Source of the DNA: Eledone cirrhosa
Lineage: Eukaryota
Assembly: GCA_964016885.1 (NCBI GenBank)
Contig: OZ024740.1
Span: 242,978,001 to 243,042,000 of the forward strand
Length of the DNA stretch: 64,000 nucleotides
Direction: 5' to 3'
Shown: piece by piece, positions 57,101-64,000 of the stretch
Numbering within the stretch: position 1 is the stretch's first letter
How the letters are laid out: every line of letters starts with the position of its first letter
Translations under genes and position numbers: made by a program
Notes under the pieces: model-generated
What the model was told of the DNA's origin: nothing
The model's input: only the letters and a program-made list of their open reading frames with translations
The model's database searches: none

Positions 57101-57309
57101 TAGGAAGTGAGCACACAAAGGCCAGGGTTTAAAATATAAAGGACTTTAGGAGTCATGTGAGGCATGTGAATGACAGCATGCATACAATGTTTTCTGTAGA
57201 ATTGGGATAATTTGGTTTGTAGCTTGCTTAATATTATCCTATATGGCTAGTGTTAAGCCTAGGAAGGACAGCATAGCAGTGACATTTGAACTGCAGAAGG
57301 AAGCAGAGA

Positions 57310-58375
57310 GAGAAATTTATCATTTATAGATCAGAAGCTTGTGAGAGAATGACTAAAATTGAGACTAAAAACAAATCCTCAGCTAATAGTAAAATATAAT
57401 AGATTCTGTGTGGTTGAAATATTTGTAGCTTCTTCTGATAAAAAGCATGTTACAAAGTGAGCCAAATGAACCTGGAGTGATACTTTTGGAAGGCAGTGAT
57501 ATCATTGTGATCCTTAATCAATAACTGGTGAAGGGAATGTCCCACAGTGAAAACCATATGTAAAAATATATATATGCCTAGGTGGGTCTTATCAGATATA
57601 GACTCTAGAGCTTCAACAGATGGAGATTTCTGCCTGTTACAGAAACCAAGTTGTTCAACAGATATGTCAATCTCTGTGAATAACATGGAGTCATTTAGAA
57701 AATGTTTATAATTCAAATCAATTTAGACTCAAAATTGAGCCAAAATTCTTGGATAAAGTAATAACTGGAGATGATTCATGGATGTTTGAGTACGATCCAG
57801 AGACAAAATGAAAAAGCGAGGAGTGGCACACAAAACATTCTCCTTGTCCGAAGAAAGTACACATGAGCAAATCCAGGGTGAAAACAGTGATATTGTTCAC
57901 TAAAAATGTTTACTGCCAGGACAGACAGTTAATTGCACTTTCTACAAAGATGTCTTGGAATGACTTCGAAAATACAGGTTCAGTAAGTCCAAAAGGACAT
58001 TGCAGGAGATTGGGTACTGCACCATGATAATGCGTCTACTCACAAAGAACTTCCAATTAGAGAATTTCTGGCAAAGAAAAACATTCCCACTCTTCCACAT
58101 CAGCCTAGATTTAGCTCCGTGTGATTTCTATCTCTTCCCTAAGTTGAAATCAAAGTTGAAGGGGCATCATTTTGGGACTTTGGGAAACATACAAAAAATT
58201 GTAACGGATGAACTAAAGACACTTACAGAAAATTACTTCCGGTACTGCTACAATCAATGAAAAAAAAACATTGGAACCACTGTGTGGCTTCCAGTGGGTC
58301 ATATTTTGAGAGATAACTTGTAATTTCATGTACATTTAAATAAAACATCAGTACCCTTACTTTTGGTAAATACCA
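57310..58375 (+). mobile_element. Decayed mariner (DD34D) transposon
   Basis: FLDKVITGDDSWMFEYDPETK, LHHDNA, SLDLAPCDFYLFPKLKSKLKGHHF and WNHCVASSGSYFE across several frames. Confidence 0.88.
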
Positions 58376-58757
58376 TTTATGTAAGTCAGATACAAATACT
58401 AAAATATGTAGATCTGAATAACAATGGAAGAACTTAAAAGTAATTTTGAGAATACCACGGTGGTACAGATTCTAAATGAAATGCTACAGAACTCCACTTG
58501 TAATACTTTGTATTAACAAGAGCATATACTGTATTAGCTGTGATCACCAGTTATGAACCAAATATCCAAACTTGACAGTATGCAGTCAATTGATACTAAT
58601 CCCCCATTTCAAGTAGTTTGCAGTATTTTGATTCAATGTGGTTGATAGTGAAAAGTAGTTGTTTCTCTGACCCTACTCCACAAATGTGATTGAACCCTTC
58701 AGTTGTAAAGTACACAAACCTACACAGAGTTTATTCCTTTGCTTGACTCCATATAAT

Positions 58758-59103
58758 GGAGGCACATGGCTTAGTGGTTAGAGCATTGGCCTTGCAATCG
58801 AAAGGTTGTGAGTTCAATTCTAAGACCGGGTGGCGTGTTGTTTCCTTGAGCAAGACACTTTATTTCACATTGCTCCAGTTTACTCAGTTGTAGAAATGAG
58901 ATTATAGGGACTGGGGTCCCTATCATTCCACTGCAAAGTGGTTGTAGAGGTGCCACGGCAAAAAAGCACCCAGCACTCACTGTAAATGAGGTTGGTGTTA
59001 GGAAGGGCATCCAGCTGTAGAAATCAAGCCAGAATCAGTTCCCGTCCCACCCTTGCAAGCAGGGAAAAGTGGACGTAAAATGAAATGATGATGATGATGA
59101 TGA
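58758..59103 (+). mobile_element. Full-length tRNA-head CORE-type SINE with RTE-derived tail
   Basis: A box TGGCTTAGTGG, B box GAGTTCAATTC, CORE-like CCTTGAGCAAGACACTTTA...CCAGTTTACTCAG, and tail ...GGACGTAAAATGAAATGATGATG. Confidence 0.88.
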
Positions 59104-59807
59104 CTACCTGATTTAACTCAATATCCTGTACCACATGAAACTGCATTGAAAAGTACAAAACAACACTATTACTGCATCTGTTTTCACAACAAATCTGCCC
59201 CCTAAATTAACAAATCCATTTTTAGATATTTTCTGCTAAACCATTATAGAGTGTTAAAAGTTAAATACCTTAAGGTGGTATTAACAATAGAAATGGTGGC
59301 GAACACTGAAAAAAATATGGTGAAAAGAAGACACCCACTCAATCTCATTATTTAGGAATAAGGGCAGTGGAATGGCAGTATCAGTAGAAACAATTATTTA
59401 AGAATAATTGTATCAAATAGAAACAATTATTTAAGAATAACTCAAGCATAATATTCTGAGTTACACAATGAAGGAACTGCTTTAAGATGGATGTCATTTC
59501 CTCGATGTGATAGGAAGATCTTCCAGTAATGAAATTTTGCTCTAAAGATTTATGAGAATAACCATATTTGCACAACAATCCAAACCGTCCTGATTTAGGA
59601 AAAAAAAAAGTCTTCATAGACTCAGAAAAAAAAGAACCATGCTGCTCATAGGTTGTGATATTCCCCCAAAAGTGAATGCTGGTGAATGAACATCAAATTT
59701 GAGAAGATTGAATTTTTCAAGAATAAAATGTTTTCTATATCTGGAAAAATGATGTGAAAGTCTATAATTTCTATAAGTAACAATTAGTCATTGAATTATA
59801 TATAACT

Positions 59808-59988
59808 GGCAGTATCGGTAGAGGATCAAACATCATGCTTTGCAGCATAGAGTTGTGGCCCTTTATGTTCTGTGTTCAAATCCGGCTGAGGTTAGCTTTG
59901 CCTTTTATTCTTACGGGCTCGAAAAATATATCACCAGTAATGCACTAGGATAATTGCTGGCCTTGTGCCAAAAGTAGAAACAATTATT
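59808..59988 (+). mobile_element. Meta/MESC-type SINE
   Basis: Same consensus as 52878. Confidence 0.8.
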
Positions 59989-60048
59989 TAAAATTATTAA
60001 TAAAATCTGTAACACTGTTAGTATAATATTTATCAGAAATATACTCAC

Positions 60049-60152
60049 GACTACTGAGTTTCTTTAAAACTTCTCCTCTTTCCTCTTCCAAGAAATCAGA
60101 TGATTCTGTGTTGTGAATATTTTCAACAATATAGGTGTAATATTTTTCAAGA
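60049..60152 (-). CDS. Internal exon of ERp29/PDI-D family ER protein (first half of ERp29_C 'D' domain): LEKYYTYIVENIHNTESSDFLEEERGEVLKKLSS
   Basis: Minus strand reads tttatattttgttttacag|TCTTGAAAAA...CAGTAGTC|gtgagt: strong acceptor and donor, 104 nt, open frame, phase 2 in and phase 1 out. The peptide matches the D-domain pattern KYY..IM.KI....DF...E..RL.KLL. Confidence 0.8.
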
Positions 60153-60459
60153 CTGTAAAACAAAATATAAAATATTACAACTTTAGTAACAATAATAATT
60201 TCTATTATTTAGTCACAAAGAGCAATTGTCATATGCACAATTACATAAAACATGCAGAAAGGAACAAGACAAAATTATTTAAAAAATGAAGGAGTGGGTC
60301 AAAGATGTTACACAAAGAAATTATTTTCAAATATCTATGGAGATAAATAAATAACTACAGAGCAGACAGCAATTTCTTCCAATTGTACTCTATGTGTTGT
60401 AATATTGATTGCAGTGCCATCTATAAACAAATACTTTGGACATATAAACACTCATACTG

Positions 60460-60663
60460 GTTTCTGATTTAGGCACAAGGCCATCAATTTTGGAGGAAGG
60501 GAAAGTCAATTAAATCAACCCCAGTACATTACTGGTACTTTATTTTATCAACTCCATAAGGATGAAAAGCAAAACTAAGTTCGGTGGGTTTTCAACTCAG
60601 AACGCAAAGGGACAGAACTCTTTGTCATAAAGCATGTTGTCCGACACTCTACCAACACTGCCA
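60460..60663 (-). mobile_element. Meta/MESC-type SINE
   Basis: Reverse complement of the family consensus, diverged. Confidence 0.75.
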
Positions 60664-61043
60664 ATCCACCACATTCACATAAAAACCAAATTACAATGCT
60701 AAATATGAGCTATATTGGAGGAGCTTTTTAACTTTTCCTCAGTACCAGAAAATAGTGTACTATCATCAGCAGACAGAAGGCCAGTGATATGTTCATTCTC
60801 ACCTAACTGTATATATCCTGTTCAGAGTTGAGCAGTTACATAATTGCACCAATGTCTGCACTGAATAACTGAGGAATCAAGGTAGCACGTAACCATAATA
60901 CAGCAAATCTCAAACAACTATACTGAGCTTTAATAACAAGAGGAGGGCAATGACAGTAACAGTGACAACAAAAACAATAACAACAACAACAAATATTCAT
61001 ATATTTAGCAGGGAAAAGTGGCCGTAAAATGATGATGATGATG

Positions 61044-61389
61044 ATCATCATCATTTCATCATTTCATTTTACGTCCGCTTTTCCCTGCTTGCAGGGGTGG
61101 GACGGGAACTGATTCTGGCTTGATTTCTACAGCTGGATGCCCTTCCTAACACCAACCTCATTTACAGTGAGTGCTGGGTGCTTTTATGCTGTGGCACCTC
61201 CACGACTACTTTGCAGTGGAATGATAGGGACCCAAGTCCCTATCATCTCATTTCTACAGCTGAGTAAACTGGAGCAATGTGAAATAAAGTGTCTTGCTCA
61301 AGGAAACAACACATCACCCGGTCTGAGAATTGAACTCACAACCTTTCGATTGCAAGGCCAATGTTCTAACCACTAAGCCATGTGCCTCC
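61044..61389 (-). mobile_element. Full-length copy of the same SINE
   Basis: Near-identical reverse complement of 58758-59103. Confidence 0.88.
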
Positions 61390-61434
61390 ATATGATATAT
61401 ATATAATTACATAATAAACAACACAATATAATCA

Positions 61435-61504
61435 TTCCATTACCAAAGGTTTCAGGAGACTAGACGATTCTTACAGAAACATCCAGCTTGTTCATCAGAT
61501 GAAA
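61435..61504 (-). ncRNA. Type I hammerhead ribozyme, minimal stem III
   Basis: Minus strand: TTTCAT-CTGATGA-a..GCTGGATG...CGTCTAGT..t-GAAA-CC ttt GG-TA-ATGGAA. Confidence 0.72.
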
Positions 61505-61524
61505 TAGTTATCTATAGTTAACTA

Positions 61525-61593
61525 TTTCATCTAATGAATGAGCTGAACGTTTTGTAAGAATCGTCTAGTTTCCTGAAACCTTTGGTAATGGAA
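61525..61593 (+). ncRNA. Degenerate hammerhead copy (core CTAATGA), inverted partner of 61435-61504
   Basis: TTTCAT-CTAATGA-...-GAAA-CCTTTGG-TA-ATGGAA. The G5A change is likely inactivating. Confidence 0.55.
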
Positions 61594-61686
61594 TAATTAT
61601 ATTGTGTTGTTTATTATGTAATTAAATAGCTCTGTACTATACATAGAGCACTCTTCTTTCCTTTACCTTTTCTACAGAAATACTTA

Positions 61687-61769
<83 letters not shown>

Positions 61770-61926
61770 TTGGTGCTCTGAAATAGCGATATATATATGA
61801 ATGTATATATAGTGTATTTTGCAATACACTGTATGCTTAATTAAAAGCATTTCGAAGACCTTATGCTATTGTTTTAGAGTAGTGACAGTCTCACTTACTT
61901 TGATTTTCAGCAAACAGGGGAGATAA

Positions 61927-61971
61927 AGCTGACAGAGCTCTGTTTCGCACTTTTTGGTGCTTATCAAAGTT
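61927..61971 (-). ncRNA. Type I hammerhead ribozyme, U3-A8 variant (inverted copy of 62406-62450)
   Basis: Exact reverse complement of the 62406-62450 motif. Confidence 0.8.
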
Positions 61972-62405
61972 AAGTACTCCACCTGTTTACTGAAAATCAT
62001 GAATGTTTGATTCTTATAGAATTCTAGTAATAATCAGGAATTGATTATACAGAGCGGTTGCTGGTCAAGCAGAAATTGAAAATTAGAATTGGTGCTCTGA
62101 AATAGCGATATATATATGAATGTATATATATGAATGTATATATATATGCTGAAAATTAAAGTAAGTGAGACTGTCACTACTCTAAAACAATAGCGTAAGG
62201 TCTTCGAAATGCTTTTAATTAAGCATACAGTGTATTGCAAAATACACTATATATACATTCATATATATATCGCTATTTCAGAGCACCAATCTAATTTTCA
62301 ATTTCTGCTTGACTGGCAACCGCTCTGTATAATCAGTTCCTGATTATTACTAGAATTCTATAAGAATCAAACATTCATGATTTTCAGCAAACAGACGGAG
62401 TACTT

Positions 62406-62450
62406 AACTTTGATAAGCACCAAAAAGTGCGAAACAGAGCTCTGTCAGCT
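62406..62450 (+). ncRNA. Type I hammerhead ribozyme, U3-A8 core variant
   Basis: AACT-TTGATAA-GCAC caaaaa GTGC-GAAA-CAGAGCTCTG-TC-AGCT, with palindromic stem III and GUC triplet. Stem I is extended by TTTTCAGCAAACAG/CTGTTTGCTGAAAA. Confidence 0.8.
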
Positions 62451-62577
62451 TTATCTCCCCTGTTTGCTGAAAATTAAAGTAAGTGAGACTGTCACTACTC
62501 TAAAACAATAGCATAAGGTCTTCGAAATGCTTTTAATTAAGCATACAGTGTATTGCAAAATACACTATATATACATT

Positions 62578-62609
<32 letters not shown>

Positions 62610-62626
62610 AATATATATATATATGT

Positions 62627-63468
62627 ATTTTATTCTGAGTTAAGCCTCTATTGGTTTTTTCCCTGGATTTCACAAAATCTGTGGATAAAATTTCTGTCTT
62701 GACTTTTTTTGAATTGAGATTGAATTATTTTCCCATATCTTACGTTAAATATTTTCCATCTTGACGTTATAGTCACTTATATATTATGAATTACTGTTGG
62801 CTTCTCGCTCACATTAATTTCTCTATTTTCATTTATATTTATACTCGGAATTTTTCCTAGAGTGCTTAAAATTATTTGTGACTAATCCCGGCCTTTTTAA
62901 AAAAAAAAACGCGATAATATTGCTTTATGCTGAACTCCATACATTTTGTTGATTTTTTTTCGGAATGTTTTGACTGCTGTTTCTTGTAAACAGTCATTCG
63001 TCTCATTCTGACATCACTAGCCCTGTTCTCCATGTGTGTTTATTATCTTAATTCCACACGAGGTGTAACTAGCCTGCTTTTAAATTCCCTTTCTGGCATA
63101 TTTTAGCAGTGATTTTTGGTTATCATGTTTGAGCTCTACTGATGAACGACTCCAACCGTGACTAACCCCACTGAAAAGTTTCGTGAAATAGTCTTTTTAA
63201 GACTATATAGAGCATTTGTAGATTTTTCCAAATTGAAGGATAAGTATTAACCCTTAATTTTATTCTGAGTTAAGACTCTATTGGTTTTTCCCTGGATTTC
63301 ACAAAATCTGTGGATAAAATTTCTGTCTTGACTTTTTTTTTAATTGAGATTGAATTATTTTCCCATATCTTACGTTAAATATTTTCGATCTTGACGTTAT
63401 AGTCACTTATATATTATGAATTACTGTTGGCTTCTCGCTCACATTAATTTCTCTATTTTCATTTATAT
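62627..63468 (+). mobile_element. Retrozyme/pLTR-like element: 630-nt monomer with ~212-nt terminal direct repeat and one HHR
   Basis: 62627-62838 is repeated at 63257-63468. HHR at 63133-63213, (TA)n on both sides. Confidence 0.8.
63133..63213 (+). ncRNA. Type I hammerhead ribozyme, canonical core
   Basis: GCTCTA-CTGATGA-ACGA...TCGT-GAAA-TAGTC tttttaa GACTA-TA-TAGAGC. Stem I 6 bp, stem II 4 bp closing a long loop, stem III 5 bp plus A-U, AUA cleavage triplet. Confidence 0.88.
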
Positions 63469-64000
63469 AAATATATATATATATATATCATCACTGTTTA
63501 GCGTCCATTTTTCCATGCTTGCATGGGTTAGCTGGACCATCCACATTGGGAGATGTGTCAGGCCAGAATTGACCACACGATACCTTCTTCCAGTGAGGAC
63601 TGTAAATTTGGCAGAGTATTTTACAGCTGGATGCCCTTCCTAACACCAACCACATTTACAGTGTGGATTTAGATGGCACCATTATGAGGAGGGACAGGCC
63701 AGTTGGTTCTGCCGAACCCATCTTACATTGGAACCATAGTTTTGAAACTTTGTACTGGATGGCACCGATACAAGGATGGACAAAGTCAGTCGGCCGTGCC
63801 GAACCCCTCGCTCAGTGGAAACATAGTTCAGCTGTCTGGTCCTGGGTGGCACTGCTAAATGAAGAGGGACAGGCCAGTTGGCCACACTGAACCCTCCTCA
63901 AAGCAGAGCCACACTCTTCACATAGTGGACCCTCAGTTCAGGTGCTGCATGGCACCTCCATGAGGAGGGACTGGCCAGTTGGCCATGCCTAGCCCATCTC

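Larger units (their letters stand above)
22550..60048 (-). other. Last intron (~37.5 kb, GT-AG) of the ERp29/PDI-D-like gene, filled with TEs
   Basis: Inferred from phase compatibility and continuity of the D domain across the two exons. Confidence 0.7.
61405..61688. mobile_element. Head-to-head inverted HHR element (Penelope-style)
   Basis: Arms ~61405-61510 and ~61519-61623. The right arm extends into (TA)n. A related fragment lies at ~6454-6490. Confidence 0.7.
61763..62580. mobile_element. Retrozyme-like element: ~318-319-nt HHR monomer as two partially tandem blocks in head-to-head orientation
   Basis: Block A (61763-~62130, minus sense): ATTAGAATTGGTGC recurs at 61763 and 62082. Block B (62148-~62580, plus sense): GCTGAAAATTAAAGTAAG recurs at 62148 and 62466. 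Flanked by (TA)n, with no real ORF. Confidence 0.8.

Noticed and set aside
58758-58830. tRNA gene
   Set aside because: A and B boxes are present, but there is no complete acceptor stem and the sequence continues into a multi-copy SINE body.

Overview
AT-rich eukaryotic DNA, most likely an octopod (coleoid cephalopod) genome, inferred from the repeat landscape: tRNA-head CORE-type and Meta/MESC-type SINEs, RTE LINEs with (GAT)n tails, and (TA)n/(CAT)n microsatellites. The only host gene I can support is the 3' end of a minus-strand ER-lumen protein with an ERp29/PDI-D C-terminal 'D' domain. It has two exons (60049-60152 and 22338-22549) joined across a ~37.5 kb intron and ends in the ER-retention signal HEEL. 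The rest is transposon-derived: RTE, Penelope, CRE, Tx1/L1 and mariner relics plus many SINE copies. The most notable signal is a set of short non-coding elements, mostly embedded in (TA)n tracts, that carry type I hammerhead ribozyme (HHR) motifs: about a dozen motifs in at least eight sequence-unrelated families. They include a ~318-nt and a 630-nt terminally redundant monomer (retrozyme/circRNA-like). Three families carry a U3-A8 compensatory core (UUGANAA) instead of CUGANGA, and many elements sit in head-to-head inverted, Penelope-style insertions. A second recurrent, circularly permuted structured motif (UCC-UA-GAGUGCUU...ACUC-GGA) occurs in two of these elements. All calls were made by eye; no searches or folding were run.
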